From Acholeplasmataceae bacterium (lineage in GTDB: Bacteria > Bacillota_I > Bacilli_A > ML615J-28 > CAG-313), in contig DUPC01000031.1 of assembly GCA_012838545.1 (NCBI GenBank), forward strand, positions 34,148-98,147: a DNA stretch of 64,000 nucleotides, given 5' to 3'. Numbering within the stretch: the first letter of the stretch is position 1; each line of letters begins with the position of its first letter. Positions 7,972 through 18,635 of the stretch are shown here, piece by piece. The translations under genes and the position numbers were made by a program. Below the pieces are notes generated by a model. It made no database searches and had not been told where the DNA came from. It saw only the letters and a program-made list of their open reading frames with translations.

Positions 7972-10900
7972 ATGTTAAACTATATATATCAACAAAAGAA
8001 ATACAAAAAAGTGATAGACGATATCGTAAAAATCGAGGGTACTGCAAAAAGTACCTCTTTTTGCGTTGGTGTGGATAATGCAACCGATAATGCGTTATTG
8101 TTTTTGCTTGCGGGAATATATAAACAAACCAATAAAACAGTAGTATATGTTTTACCGACCATATATGATGCCACCAAAAACTATGAACGTTTAATGAATA
8201 TTTTGTCCCCTGAGGAAGTGTGTTTTTTCCCGGGTGAAGAACCAATTGCCAGTGTATTGGTTGCCAGCAGCAACACTTACCGTTTGGCGAGGGTGGCTAC
8301 AATCGAAGCGCTTTTGGAAAAAACACCCAGAATTATTGTGACCAACACCGAAGGCGTTACGAGAAACCTAATGTCCAAAGAGCGTTTATTGTCAACGTTA
8401 TTGCATTTCCAAACAAAAGATATTATCGGACGCGACGAGTTAATCGAAAATCTAATCACCAGAGGATATAAAAAAGTAGCTATTACCGAATCACCCGGGA
8501 CTTTCAGTGTTCGGGGGAGCGTCATAGATATATATGGCGTTAATTTGGCTGAACCGATACGGTTAAGTTTTTTTGACGATGGAATTGAATCGATTAAATA
8601 TTTTTCCGTAGAAACCCAAAAAAGCAACGGCGCGACGGATAAGGTAACCATATATCCCTTGTACGAAATGCATTATTCGACAAACGAATTGGAAGGAATT
8701 ATCAAACGTGTTTTGGAAAGGAATTCTTTGAACGAAAAGATTTCCCAAGACATCGAATCCTTGAAATCATTCCAAAACTTGGATCAATTATATATGTATT
8801 TGCCTTACATCGACCAAAATTATGTAAGGTTTTTGGATGCCATCGACCAAAAGATTGTTATTTACAACGACTTCTCACGTATTTTAGATAAAGAACAATT
8901 GAACATTTTGGAAACAAGCGATTACTTTACCAAAGTGGATTTTGTTGGCGATTCCCTATTTTATGCTTCTATCAAAGAAACGGTACCCACTCAAGGCCTT
9001 GTGATGTTTGTTGCCAATCATTCGGTGTACATTGAAGGTATCCAATTGCAAAAAAAGTGGGATTTGAAAACCACCAACAATTACGATTATAACAACAATC
9101 TCAAACATTTACTGGAAGATATTCGCCTTAACAAAGGAAAAACATATATAATCACAAGTTTGAATGAACGCCGTCAGGATGCCATGACAGATTTGCTTTT
9201 CACGAGTGGCATACCTTTTAAAGTTATTGAAAAAATGACGGATTATCAAGAAAGAATCGTCAACCTCACAATCAACGAACAAGCTTACGGTTTTATCGAT
9301 TATGAATTGAATATCGAAATTATTACTCCGAACGAAATGGCCAAGGGCATTATTCCCCCTTCCAAAAAAATGCAGGCGATTTACAAGGAAACCGTCAAGA
9401 TATATTCCAAGGAGGATATCTTAATCGGCGATTATGTGGTTCATCCTGATTACGGAATCGGCAAATACCAAGGAATCAAATCGGTAAAGCTCAAAGACGT
9501 TGTTAACGATTATGTTCTTGTGGAATACGCGGAAGACAACAAACTCTACATTCCGGTCGAAAACATTTCCGTTTTGGAAAAGTACGTGGGAACCAAAGAT
9601 GTGCAACCGAAGCTTAGTAAGTTTGGCAGCAAGGAATGGGAAAAGAAAAAGGCGAAGATTAAGGAAAAAGTTAACGAAATCGCCAAAATGTTGGTTATAA
9701 CCCAAGCCCAGAGAGAGCTTCTCCAAGGTTATCAATATCCTAAGGATTCAGAAGAACAGTGGCAATTTGAACGCGATTTCGGATACATCGAAACCGAAGG
9801 TCAACTAAAAGCGATTGCGGAACTGAAGAAAGACTTGGAAAGTCCGCGTCCGGTGGACAGGTTGCTTTGTGGGGATGTCGGATACGGAAAAACCGAAGTA
9901 GCGATGCGCGGTGCTTTCAAGGTTGTAGAAGCGGGAAAACAAGTAGCCTATCTTGCCCCGACGACCGTGCTTGCAAGACAACATTATTACACCTTTAAAG
10001 AACGGTTTGAAAAATATGGAATCAGAGTGGAATTATTGAGCCGTTTTGTCGATTATCATGTAATTAAAACCACCTTGGAAGGATTAAGAAATGGGTATGT
10101 CGATATCGTGATCGGAACGCACCGCTTATTGTCAAGCGATGTCAAATTCAAAGATTTGGGTTTGTTGATTATCGACGAAGAACACCGTTTTGGGGTCGAA
10201 CACAAAGAACGGATTAAAGCAATGAAAGCCAACGTTGATGTCCTGTCCTTAAGCGCAACCCCAATCCCAAGGACGCTTCAGATGGCTTTAACGGGATTAA
10301 GGGATTTGAGTTTGATTGAAACGCCGCCGTTTAATCGGTTAAGCGTTCAAACATATGTGTTGGAAACCAACGATTCGGTTATCAGAGAAGCTATCAGAAG
10401 AGAATTGGGCAGAGGCGGACAGGTTTTCTATTTGCTTAACAGAATCAGCCAACTCAATTTGATTGAAAGGAAACTTAAGCGTCTTGTCCCGGAAGCCCAT
10501 TTTACTATCATCCACGGAAAAATGTCCAAAGACCAAATCGAAGAAGCAATCAATGACTTCATTGACCGGAGATACGATATCCTAATTTGCACAACTATCA
10601 TCGAAACCGGAATCGATATCCCGAATGCCAACACGATTATCATCGAAAAAGCGGATATCCTGGGACTTGCCCAATTGTATCAAATCAGAGGACGGGTCGG
10701 AAGAAGCGACAGAATCGCTTATGCTTACCTTATGTACGATAAAGGTCGTATTTTGACCGAAAGCGCGCAAAAACGATTGGATACCATCAAGGAATTTACC
10801 GCTTTGGGAAGCGGATACAAGATTGCGATGAGGGACCTTTCCATTCGGGGCGCGGGGGATATTTTGGGAAGCGAGCAATCGGGTTTTATTGATGCGGTGG

Positions 10901-11427
10901 GGATTGAACTTTATTTGAAAATGTTAAACGAAGCAATCCAGGAAGAAAAAGGATTAGTCGTCAAAGAAGACAAAAAACAATTTGATGTCAGGATATCCAA
11001 GCACATAAACGAAGCTTACGTTAGCGACGATATTGTCCGAATCGAAATGCATAAATCAATTAATAAAGTAAAGAGCCGGGAAGAAGCGGAAAACATCAGA
11101 AGAGAGTTTGCGGACAGATACGGTAAAATCACCCAGGAAATCGATTTATATATCGAAGGGAAATATTTGACTTTCCTTTTGAAATCAAAGGGAGTTGCTT
11201 CTTTCAAAGAATCCGATAAAAAGGTTGACTTTCATTTTGACCAGGATAGATCTAATCAAATCACCTACAAAGATTTGCAACGCATAAATACACTTACCAA
11301 TTTAAAATTGGAGTTTGGTTATAAGAATTATCAGATATATATAACCATCCACTTAACCGAAGAAAACAAGAATATCGGAAAAGACAACTATATTTATCAA
11401 CTCACAAAACTACTTGAAAATGTTTAA
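7972..11427 (+). CDS. mfd: transcription-repair coupling factor
   Basis: 1151 aa. Has the UvrB-like N-terminus and DEAD/DEAH helicase motifs (GDVGYGKTEVA, DEEHRFG), and TRCF architecture. Confidence 0.95.
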   Translation: MLNYIYQQKKYKKVIDDIVKIEGTAKSTSFCVGVDNATDNALLFLLAGIYKQTNKTVVYVLPTIYDATKNYERLMNILSPEEVCFFPGEEPIASVLVASSNTYRLARVATIEALLEKTPRIIVTNTEGVTRNLMSKERLLSTLLHFQTKDIIGRDELIENLITRGYKKVAITESPGTFSVRGSVIDIYGVNLAEPIRLSFFDDGIESIKYFSVETQKSNGATDKVTIYPLYEMHYSTNELEGIIKRVLERNSLNEKISQDIESLKSFQNLDQLYMYLPYIDQNYVRFLDAIDQKIVIYNDFSRILDKEQLNILETSDYFTKVDFVGDSLFYASIKETVPTQGLVMFVANHSVYIEGIQLQKKWDLKTTNNYDYNNNLKHLLEDIRLNKGKTYIITSLNERRQDAMTDLLFTSGIPFKVIEKMTDYQERIVNLTINEQAYGFIDYELNIEIITPNEMAKGIIPPSKKMQAIYKETVKIYSKEDILIGDYVVHPDYGIGKYQGIKSVKLKDVVNDYVLVEYAEDNKLYIPVENISVLEKYVGTKDVQPKLSKFGSKEWEKKKAKIKEKVNEIAKMLVITQAQRELLQGYQYPKDSEEQWQFERDFGYIETEGQLKAIAELKKDLESPRPVDRLLCGDVGYGKTEVAMRGAFKVVEAGKQVAYLAPTTVLARQHYYTFKERFEKYGIRVELLSRFVDYHVIKTTLEGLRNGYVDIVIGTHRLLSSDVKFKDLGLLIIDEEHRFGVEHKERIKAMKANVDVLSLSATPIPRTLQMALTGLRDLSLIETPPFNRLSVQTYVLETNDSVIREAIRRELGRGGQVFYLLNRISQLNLIERKLKRLVPEAHFTIIHGKMSKDQIEEAINDFIDRRYDILICTTIIETGIDIPNANTIIIEKADILGLAQLYQIRGRVGRSDRIAYAYLMYDKGRILTESAQKRLDTIKEFTALGSGYKIAMRDLSIRGAGDILGSEQSGFIDAVGIELYLKMLNEAIQEEKGLVVKEDKKQFDVRISKHINEAYVSDDIVRIEMHKSINKVKSREEAENIRREFADRYGKITQEIDLYIEGKYLTFLLKSKGVASFKESDKKVDFHFDQDRSNQITYKDLQRINTLTNLKLEFGYKNYQIYITIHLTEENKNIGKDNYIYQLTKLLENV

Positions 11428-11499
11428 ATATGCAAAAAATGGTGTATATACGCATACCTTTTTTGTCATAATAAAGGTAGAATTTGTGAGGTGAAAGTT

Positions 11500-12030
11500 G
11501 TGAAAGCAACAGGCGTAGTTAGACGAATCGATGATTTAGGAAGAATAGTGATACCTAAAGAATTAAGACGGACCATGAGAATCAAAGAAGGCGATTCGCT
11601 GGAAATCTTCATTGAAGGAAGCGATCGCATTATCTTAAAAAAATACTCTCCGGTTCAAAACGTTAACGAATTTATTGTTGAGTTTGTCGAAAGCATATAT
11701 AACTCCAATCATCGTGACATAATTATTACCGACAATGAACGAGTTACCGCAGTCGCCGGTTCCATCAGAAAAGACATTGTCGGTAAGAAAATTTCCATGC
11801 GATTGGAAGAGCGCATCTCCAAAAGATCAACCCAAATCCTGGAACGCGGCGAGGGGTTGGAAATATGCGAAAACTTTGAAATCAAAAAAGCCGCGGTAAT
11901 CAAACCCATCAATGTCTTTGGCGATATCCTTGGCTGTGTAATCGTCATGGCGGAAGCCGAAGTAATGGATGTCGAAAAGTCGTTGGCTGAATTCAGCGGC
12001 GTTTTCATGAGCAGGTATCTGGAAGGGTAG
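11500..12030 (+). CDS. spoVT: stage V sporulation protein T (AbrB-family N-domain plus GAF domain)
   Basis: MKATGVVRRIDDLGRIVIPKELRRT is the AbrB/SpoVT swapped-hairpin domain. The gene follows mfd, as in B. subtilis. GTG 11500 has the RBS GAGGTG; the alternative start is GTG 11491. Confidence 0.8.
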   Translation: MKATGVVRRIDDLGRIVIPKELRRTMRIKEGDSLEIFIEGSDRIILKKYSPVQNVNEFIVEFVESIYNSNHRDIIITDNERVTAVAGSIRKDIVGKKISMRLEERISKRSTQILERGEGLEICENFEIKKAAVIKPINVFGDILGCVIVMAEAEVMDVEKSLAEFSGVFMSRYLEG

Positions 12031-12041
12031 TTATTAACAAA

Positions 12042-12096
12042 AAAAAGCAGTTTAAGGGGTGAAAAAGCAACCTTTTAAAAACTGCTTTTTATTTTT
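12042..12096 (+). terminator. intrinsic terminator after spoVT
   Basis: AAAAGCAGTTT...AAACTGCTTTTTATTTTT composite hairpin followed by a T-run. Confidence 0.5.
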
Positions 12097-12130
12097 GGTT
12101 CTAAATAAACCAATTATTAATATTCTTTCT

Positions 12131-12159
12131 TTGAAATAATTTATTCATTATGGTATACT
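12131..12159 (+). promoter_or_regulatory. sigma-A promoter with extended -10 for degV
   Basis: TTGAAA at 12131-12136, a 17-nt spacer, then TGgTATACT at 12151-12159. Confidence 0.45.
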
Positions 12160-12177
12160 TATTTACTGGAGGGTTTT

Positions 12178-13041
12178 ATGAAAATAGCAATAATGACTGA
12201 TGTCAATGCCGGACTAGATTATGTCGGTTATGATACCGGAATAACCTGTTTGCGTTCGACGGTAAATTTCAAAAACGAGGTCTTGGTTGACGGCATTGAT
12301 ATAAAAGCAGATGAGTTTTATCGAAGGATTTCCCAAATCACGAATGCGTCCGACATTCCGTCAACAAGCGCCCCTTCTTTGGGCGATATATATGATGCAA
12401 TCGATAATTTCATTGAACAAGGATATACGGACGTAATCCATTTTCCTATTTCGTTTCAATTAAGCGCTACCGGTCCAACCGTTCAACAAGTGGCCAAAGA
12501 GTATCACGGAAGAATCAGAATTCATGTAATCGATACCAAACTTGCAACCTATATGCAAGGTTATTTGGCCGTGAATGCCAAGCAAATGGTTGAAAACGGC
12601 GCCAGCGTAGAAGAAATAATTGAACGGACCCAATTTTTGATTAATAATTTTAAAGCTTTTTTCGTTGTTGACGATTTGAGCTACCTTGTGAAAAACGGCC
12701 GGTTAAGTAATGCTGCGGGCTTTTTGGCCGGATTGCTGCGGATCAAACCGGTGCTTGAATTGACGAGTGACGGAAAAATCGTCACCAAAGAAAAAATCAA
12801 AGTATATAAGAATGCGGTTGAACGCGCACTTGAATTGATGTTTGAATTTTTGAACGGAAAAACCAATGTTAAAGTCTTTTTGTTCCATTCCTTGCGTGAA
12901 GATGTGATTAAAAAGATGTTGGAACGTTTCCGCGAAGTACGCCCGGATATTCAAGGAATTGAAATTCATTACATTACCCCGGCGGTCGGTGCCCATATCG
13001 GCGCAGGAGTTGTTGGTGTCGGAGCATTTTTATTAGAATAG
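12178..13041 (+). CDS. DegV family fatty-acid-binding protein
   Basis: 287 aa with a DegV/EDD fold N-terminus ([13 protein letters not shown]...). Confidence 0.85.
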   Translation: MKIAIMTDVNAGLDYVGYDTGITCLRSTVNFKNEVLVDGIDIKADEFYRRISQITNASDIPSTSAPSLGDIYDAIDNFIEQGYTDVIHFPISFQLSATGPTVQQVAKEYHGRIRIHVIDTKLATYMQGYLAVNAKQMVENGASVEEIIERTQFLINNFKAFFVVDDLSYLVKNGRLSNAAGFLAGLLRIKPVLELTSDGKIVTKEKIKVYKNAVERALELMFEFLNGKTNVKVFLFHSLREDVIKKMLERFREVRPDIQGIEIHYITPAVGAHIGAGVVGVGAFLLE

Positions 13042-13060
13042 AAAGTTGAGGAAAATATTT

Positions 13061-13915
13061 ATGCCATTAGTAAATATGACAAATATGTTAACCAAAGCCA
13101 AAGAGGGGAAATATGCGGTAGGGCAATTCAATATCAACAATTTGGAATGGACCAAAGCCATTTTGAATGTTGCCCAAGCAACCAATTCGCCGTTAATTTT
13201 AGGTGTATCCGAAGGAGCCGCAAAATACATGGGGGGGTTTTATACCGCAGTTATGATGGTAAAAGGCCTAATGCACGATCTTGGTATTACTGTTGATGTT
13301 GCCATTCATTTGGACCATGGTTCATCGGTGGAAAAATGCATTGAAGCAATTGATGCGGGATTTACTTCCGTGATGATTGACGCTTCGCACTATCCTCTTG
13401 AAACCAATATTGAAATGACCAAAAAAGTCGTGGAATACGCTCATGCCCGAGGCGTAAGCGTCGAAGCGGAACTAGGCACCGTGGGCGGTCAGGAAGAACA
13501 TGTGTCCGGATCGATAAAATATGCTGATAGGGATGAGTGCGTCCGTTTGGTAAAAGAAACAGGTATCGATGCGCTTGCTCCGGCCTTGGGAAGCGTACAC
13601 GGACCTTATCAAGGTGAGCCTGTTTTAGGTTTTAAAGAAATGAAAGGAATTCAAGAAGCTACCGATATGCCATTGGTGCTTCACGGCGGAACCGGCATTC
13701 CAGACAATATGATTCAAAAAGCAATTTCTTGCGGCACATGCAAGATTAACGTCAATACCGAATGTCAAATGGCATTTTCCAAGATTTTAAGAGAAGTGCT
13801 TGCCAAGGATTCAAAAGTTTATGACCCAAGAAAGATTATTGGTCCGGCATCTAAGGGCATTGAGAATGCGGTAAGAGAAAAGATTAAGGTGTTTGGCACG
13901 GCCAACAAAAACTAA
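13061..13915 (+). CDS. fba: fructose-bisphosphate aldolase, class II
   Basis: [27 protein letters not shown]; the HLDHG motif supplies the Zn ligands. RBS GAGG lies 8 nt before ATG 13061. Confidence 0.9.
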   Translation: MPLVNMTNMLTKAKEGKYAVGQFNINNLEWTKAILNVAQATNSPLILGVSEGAAKYMGGFYTAVMMVKGLMHDLGITVDVAIHLDHGSSVEKCIEAIDAGFTSVMIDASHYPLETNIEMTKKVVEYAHARGVSVEAELGTVGGQEEHVSGSIKYADRDECVRLVKETGIDALAPALGSVHGPYQGEPVLGFKEMKGIQEATDMPLVLHGGTGIPDNMIQKAISCGTCKINVNTECQMAFSKILREVLAKDSKVYDPRKIIGPASKGIENAVREKIKVFGTANKN

Positions 13916-13924
13916 GATATATAT

Positions 13925-13970
13925 AACCAGAATAATAGAAACCGGATTTATTCTGGTTTCTTATTTTTTA
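13925..13970 (+). terminator. intrinsic terminator after fba
   Basis: An 11-bp stem AACCAGAATAA / TTATTCTGGTT followed by a T-run. Confidence 0.55.
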
Positions 13971-14026
13971 AAACCAAATAAGGGTTGTTTTTTGATATAA
14001 TATATATGTGTTGGGAGGAATCAAAA

Positions 14027-15226
14027 ATGATTTCTTTAAAGAAAATAGTTAAAGCTCAAACTGCTATCGCTCCTTATATTCAAACGACTTCGTTAGTCCG
14101 GGTCGATTACTTAAGCGAACTAACCCAAATGAACGTGTTTTTGAAATTGGAAAACATGCAATATACGGGATCGTTTAAATTGCGGGGAGCCATGAATAAA
14201 ATCGCGCAACTCTCTCCGGAAGAAAAAGCGCGAGGAGTCGTAGCCGCAAGCGCCGGCAACCATGCTCAAGGTGTGGCCAGAAGCGCGAAAATCTTTGGCG
14301 TCAAAGCCACCATCGTAATGCCTACCATTACGCCTATTATTAAGGTTAAAGCGACCAAAGACTATGGCGCGGAAGTAATTCTTTACGGCGACAATTACGA
14401 CGAAGCCTGCAACAAAGCTCTGAAAATCTGCCGAGAAAGAGGAGCGGTGTTTGTTCACCCCTTTAACGACGAAGCGGTAATCTGCGGCCAAGGAACCATC
14501 GGTTTGGAAATCATGACGCAACTTAGAAATATTGATGCGGTTGTGGTGCCAGTCGGAGGAGGCGGTTTAATCGCCGGAGTTGCCAAAGCCGCGAAGAGCT
14601 TAAATCCAAACGTTAAGGTAATCGGGGTGGAAGCCGCAAATGCTCCATGCGTAAAAGAATCGATGGAAGCGGGCAGAGTGCTTACGGTTTGCTGCACGCC
14701 GACAATTGCCGAAGGGATTGCGGTGGCATGTCCGGGAGAACTTACATTCAAATTGATTCAAGAATATGTCGATGATATTGTTGCGGTTGACGAAGACGAA
14801 ATCGCCAGTGCCCTTCTTTCTCTTTTGGAAAAACAAAAAATTGTTGTTGAAGGAAGCGGCGCAACACCAGTTGCCGCGCTTTTGAATCATAAACTTGATT
14901 ATTTGCAAGGAAAAAACGTGGTTTGCGTAATAAGCGGCGGAAATATCGATATCAATATGGTGGAAACAATTATCAACAGCGGCTTGATGAAAGACGGACG
15001 CAGGTTCAATCTCCAAGTCAAATTGAAACACAAAGCCGGCGAATTGCAAAAACTTTTGTCGTTAATTTCCAAGGTGGGGGGCAATATTTTATCCATTGAA
15101 CAAACGCGCTATGCCAATCAATTGGAACTAACCGAACAATTCGTGCATTTGGTCATAGAAGCCTATGACATAGACCACAAAGAACGGATCTTGTCCGAAT
15201 TAAGAAGCAATAATTATGCGGTGTAG
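14027..15226 (+). CDS. ilvA: threonine ammonia-lyase (PLP-dependent, with C-terminal ACT-like regulatory domain)
   Basis: The PLP lysine motif SFKLRGA is present, the glycine loop GGGGL is at 14560, and there is a C-terminal regulatory domain. RBS GGAGG precedes ATG 14027. Confidence 0.85.
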   Translation: MISLKKIVKAQTAIAPYIQTTSLVRVDYLSELTQMNVFLKLENMQYTGSFKLRGAMNKIAQLSPEEKARGVVAASAGNHAQGVARSAKIFGVKATIVMPTITPIIKVKATKDYGAEVILYGDNYDEACNKALKICRERGAVFVHPFNDEAVICGQGTIGLEIMTQLRNIDAVVVPVGGGGLIAGVAKAAKSLNPNVKVIGVEAANAPCVKESMEAGRVLTVCCTPTIAEGIAVACPGELTFKLIQEYVDDIVAVDEDEIASALLSLLEKQKIVVEGSGATPVAALLNHKLDYLQGKNVVCVISGGNIDINMVETIINSGLMKDGRRFNLQVKLKHKAGELQKLLSLISKVGGNILSIEQTRYANQLELTEQFVHLVIEAYDIDHKERILSELRSNNYAV

Positions 15227-15229
15227 GGT

Positions 15230-16096
15230 ATGAAGATAATAGCGGGACTTATTATCAATAAAAAAATTCTTTCTCAAGAAGCAATCGAAACACATGCCAA
15301 AGACATTGAAACATATATATCGCATGTCGACAAATTGGTTATTCTCAATACAACTGGGCACAAACTCAAAGAGTTTTTTCAAGCAATCATCCGGCACAAA
15401 AATATCGAATACAGCGAATGCGAGGATTTTGGACAAGAAAACAATTATTCATTGATTTACGACCACGCCTTGAGGTTGGAAGCTGATTATGCGATGGTGT
15501 TGGAACAAGGTTTCTTTTACGAAGAAGGCGCCTTTTTGGAAATGAAGCGCTATCTGATTGAAGCAAAGGAAAAACCATCGGTTTTGACTCCCATGCCTTT
15601 ATATACCTGCCTTGACAAAAAAGCTTCGGATTTAACCGTAAGACCGATTAAGGGATGCAGGTTAACGGGGGCACTGCTCAATTTACAGTATTATAAGGAG
15701 TCGGAAGGCTTTGTCAGAGAATATTATCAAACCACTTTTGATTACGATTACTGTATTACCGAGCGTTTAAAAAACCATCAGATTCTGTTAATGCCCAACC
15801 TAGTACTTAGAAATCGCAATTTTACCGTGATTGAAAGAAGAGTTTTTGGTATTTTTAAGAAAAGTTCGTTTGATTGGGATTTACTGGATGTATATTACGA
15901 AACCAGGAATCGTTTGTATTTATGGAAAAAATTCGAAACCCTTGATCCGGAATACGTCCGGCTCGACAAAAAACTGTTTAAAAAGGAAAAACGCGAAATG
16001 CGTTTGGGCGATCCCAATTATCAGGACAAATTGGTTATGATGATGCAAGCCAAAGAAGATTTTGCCCAAGGAAAAATGGGGAAAATTCAATACTAG
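15230..16096 (+). CDS. hypothetical protein (288 aa), weakly GT-A-glycosyltransferase-like
   Basis: The ORF begins 3 nt after the ilvA stop, so it is likely co-transcribed, and a terminator follows it. No confident family could be assigned. Confidence 0.45.
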   Translation: MKIIAGLIINKKILSQEAIETHAKDIETYISHVDKLVILNTTGHKLKEFFQAIIRHKNIEYSECEDFGQENNYSLIYDHALRLEADYAMVLEQGFFYEEGAFLEMKRYLIEAKEKPSVLTPMPLYTCLDKKASDLTVRPIKGCRLTGALLNLQYYKESEGFVREYYQTTFDYDYCITERLKNHQILLMPNLVLRNRNFTVIERRVFGIFKKSSFDWDLLDVYYETRNRLYLWKKFETLDPEYVRLDKKLFKKEKREMRLGDPNYQDKLVMMMQAKEDFAQGKMGKIQY

Positions 16097-16207
16097 ATAT
16101 TATATTACATAAAGGCACCCAAGATAAAAAGGGTGTTTTTTGTTTTGATAAAAGAAGTATCAAGTTTTTCTTTTTTGGAGAAAATAAGTTATTAAGGAGG
16201 TGTTTAA

Positions 16208-16468
16208 ATGAAAAGACAAAACGATACTTTGGTCGGCTTGTTATCCTTTGTCGGTTTAATATTAGCTACTTTGTTTTATTTGTTTTCCGTTCTTGACGGC
16301 AGATACGAAATGCTATACACCATCAGTTATATATGTTTGTTGATTGTGGTGTTCTATACCGCTTGGGAATTTGTTCGGAAAAGACACGTCATGTGGCGTT
16401 TCGTTTATTATGTAATTGTTGTATTGGTATTGCTTGGTTTTGTTTTGGGCAATTTCGATATCTTGTAA
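16208..16468 (+). CDS. small membrane protein (86 aa, about 3 TM)
   Basis: Hydrophobic ORF with the RBS AAGGAGG 6 nt upstream. It lies between a terminator and the S10 promoter. Confidence 0.4.
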   Translation: MKRQNDTLVGLLSFVGLILATLFYLFSVLDGRYEMLYTISYICLLIVVFYTAWEFVRKRHVMWRFVYYVIVVLVLLGFVLGNFDIL

Positions 16469-16553
16469 CCCCTTATTTTGAAAACATTTAGGAAATAAGT
16501 TTGGAAAAACGAAAAAAGTTTTTAAAAAGTGCAAATTTTATTTACCATATCGC

Positions 16554-16582
16554 TTGCATTGTTTTAGTAAAACGTGTATAAT
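16554..16582 (+). promoter_or_regulatory. sigma-A promoter of the S10 ribosomal-protein operon
   Basis: TTGCAT at 16554-16559, a 17-nt spacer, then TATAAT at 16577-16582. A ~125-nt leader runs to rpsJ. Confidence 0.55.
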
Positions 16583-16708
16583 AGCACAGGCTAAAAGAAG
16601 GCGATGATATGCAAGGTTGCTGATACACACGGAAGAGTTGCCATTGCCGTGTTTCAGGTAATTTGCATGGAGTCGAAAAGCTTTTATAAAAAGTTAAAGG
16701 AGGCTAAT

Positions 16709-17017
16709 ATGGCAAAAGAAAGAAAATTAAGAATCAGATTATTATCTTATGATCACAGATTATTGGATGAATCTGCAAAGAAAATCGTTGAAACGGCAAA
16801 AAGAACCGGAGCAACCGTTTCTGGTCCAATTCCGCTTCCAACGGACAAGGAAGTATTTACGATTATCCGTTCACCGCACAAACACAAAGATAGCCGTGAA
16901 CAATTTGAACGTCGCACCCACAAACGTTTAATCGATATCGTCAATATTAATCCTAAAACTATGGATGCTCTAGTTCATCTAGAATTACCATCCGGTGTCG
17001 AAATCGTTTTGAAATAA
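16709..17017 (+). CDS. rpsJ: 30S ribosomal protein S10
   Basis: [11 protein letters not shown]...; RBS AAAGGAGG. The ORF track's upstream extension is 5' UTR. Confidence 0.95.
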   Translation: MAKERKLRIRLLSYDHRLLDESAKKIVETAKRTGATVSGPIPLPTDKEVFTIIRSPHKHKDSREQFERRTHKRLIDIVNINPKTMDALVHLELPSGVEIVLK

Positions 17018-17038
17018 TGAGAAAATGGAGGTGTACTC

Positions 17039-17698
17039 ATGGCCAAAGGAATCTTAGGTAAGAAAATCGGAATGACACAAATTTTTTCTGAAACTGGCGT
17101 ATTAATTCCAGTAACAGTAATTGACGTAACTCCGAACGTAGTATTACAAAAAAAGACAGTAGAAACTGATGGATATGAAGCTGTTCAATTAGGTTATTGC
17201 GAAAAACCAGAACGTTTAGCAAATAAACCTGAAAAAGGACATGCAACCAAAGCTAATACTGCCCCTAAGCGCTTCGTTAGAGAAATCGCTGGGAAAGAAA
17301 TGCTGGCGTTTGAAGTTGGACAAGAGGTGAAAGGAAACATCTTCGCAGTGGGTGAATTAGTAGATGTAACCGGAATCTCCAAGGGTAAAGGCTACCAAGG
17401 AGTCGTCAAAAGATATAATCATCATATTGGACCTATGTCGCATGGTTCTGGATACCATCGTCAAATCGGTTCAATGGGCGACGTTGGCGTAGCCCGCATC
17501 AAACCAGGCAAAAAAATGGCTGGACGCATGGGCGGCGAAACCAAAACAATTCAAAATCTTGAATTTATCAAGTATGATCCAGAAAATAATGTAGTTCTTA
17601 TTAAGGGCAGCGTTCCCGGCGCAAGAAAGTCTTATGTAGTAATTACCAATGCGGCTAAAGGGAACAGCACGGCGCTTAATCCAGAGAGCTTAGCATAG
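17039..17698 (+). CDS. rplC: 50S ribosomal protein L3
   Basis: [16 protein letters not shown]... Confidence 0.95.
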   Translation: MAKGILGKKIGMTQIFSETGVLIPVTVIDVTPNVVLQKKTVETDGYEAVQLGYCEKPERLANKPEKGHATKANTAPKRFVREIAGKEMLAFEVGQEVKGNIFAVGELVDVTGISKGKGYQGVVKRYNHHIGPMSHGSGYHRQIGSMGDVGVARIKPGKKMAGRMGGETKTIQNLEFIKYDPENNVVLIKGSVPGARKSYVVITNAAKGNSTALNPESLA

Positions 17699-17710
17699 GA
17701 GGAATAAGTC

Positions 17711-18334
17711 ATGCCTAATGTACAATTATTAAATCAACAAGGGGCTGTGATTGGTGAACTTCAATTAAGCGAAGATATCTTCGGCGTACCGGTTCATCAA
17801 CAAGTGATTTTTGATGCAGTGGTTGCTGAAAGAGCAGGAATGCGTCAAGGATCGCAAAAAGCCAAAACAAGAGCAGAAGTTCGCGGCGGCGGAAGAAAAC
17901 CATGGCGTCAAAAAGGTACAGGACGCGCTCGGCAAGGTTCAATCCGTGCACCACAATGGCGTGGCGGCGGTGTTGTCTTTGCGCCGACTCCTAGATCGCA
18001 TGCAATCAAAGTCAACAAAAAAGTCGTTCGCTTAGCCATGAAAAGCGTATTAAGCGAAAAAGTGCGTGAAAATGCCTTTATTGTATTAGACAAAATTGAA
18101 CTTGATAACTTCAAAACCAAATCATTTGTCGAAGTATTGAACAATGTAAAAGCCGAAGGCAAAATCTTGGTTGTCTTGAATGAAACAAATCCGAATGTGG
18201 AATTGGCGGGAAGAAATTTACCGAACGTTATTATCCACAATGCAAACCATATTTCGGTATACCAAGTACTAAATGCCGATTGCTTATTGCTTACGCAAGA
18301 TGTAGTATCTCACTACGAGGAGGTGCTTAAATAA
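17711..18334 (+). CDS. rplD: 50S ribosomal protein L4
   Basis: Placed by S10-operon synteny; the protein carries the L4 KGTGRAR motif. Confidence 0.95.
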   Translation: MPNVQLLNQQGAVIGELQLSEDIFGVPVHQQVIFDAVVAERAGMRQGSQKAKTRAEVRGGGRKPWRQKGTGRARQGSIRAPQWRGGGVVFAPTPRSHAIKVNKKVVRLAMKSVLSEKVRENAFIVLDKIELDNFKTKSFVEVLNNVKAEGKILVVLNETNPNVELAGRNLPNVIIHNANHISVYQVLNADCLLLTQDVVSHYEEVLK

Positions 18335-18621
18335 TGAAATCCGCATACGATATTATTATTAAGCCAATTATCACAGAAAAAACCACAAGTTTAGCCAACA
18401 ACAAACTTCAATACACTTTTGCGGTTGATCCAAAGGCTAACAAAGTGGAAATCAAAAAAGCCATTGAAGAAATCTTTGAGGTTAAAGTTGTTGCAGTCAG
18501 AACAATCAATGTTCGCAGAAAACCAAAAAGAATGCAAAAATTTGAAGGGTTTAAACCAGCATATAAAAAAGCCATCGTTCGCTTGATGCCGGGTCAAACC
18601 ATTTCAGTCTTCGAAGTGTAA
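18334..18621 (+). CDS. rplW: 50S ribosomal protein L23
   Basis: Synteny and sequence. Confidence 0.95.
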   Translation: MKSAYDIIIKPIITEKTTSLANNKLQYTFAVDPKANKVEIKKAIEEIFEVKVVAVRTINVRRKPKRMQKFEGFKPAYKKAIVRLMPGQTISVFEV

Positions 18622-18635
18622 AGGAGGAGTAAATC

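Noticed and set aside
14120-15049. Several 100-150-aa minus-strand ORFs inside ilvA
   Set aside because: They are antisense to a conserved PLP-enzyme gene, with no translation signals.
16604-16708. ORF-track N-terminal extension of rpsJ ([12 protein letters not shown]...)
   Set aside because: S10 begins at [11 protein letters not shown] (16709) with a perfect RBS. The extension lies in the S10-operon leader, downstream of the mapped -10 element.
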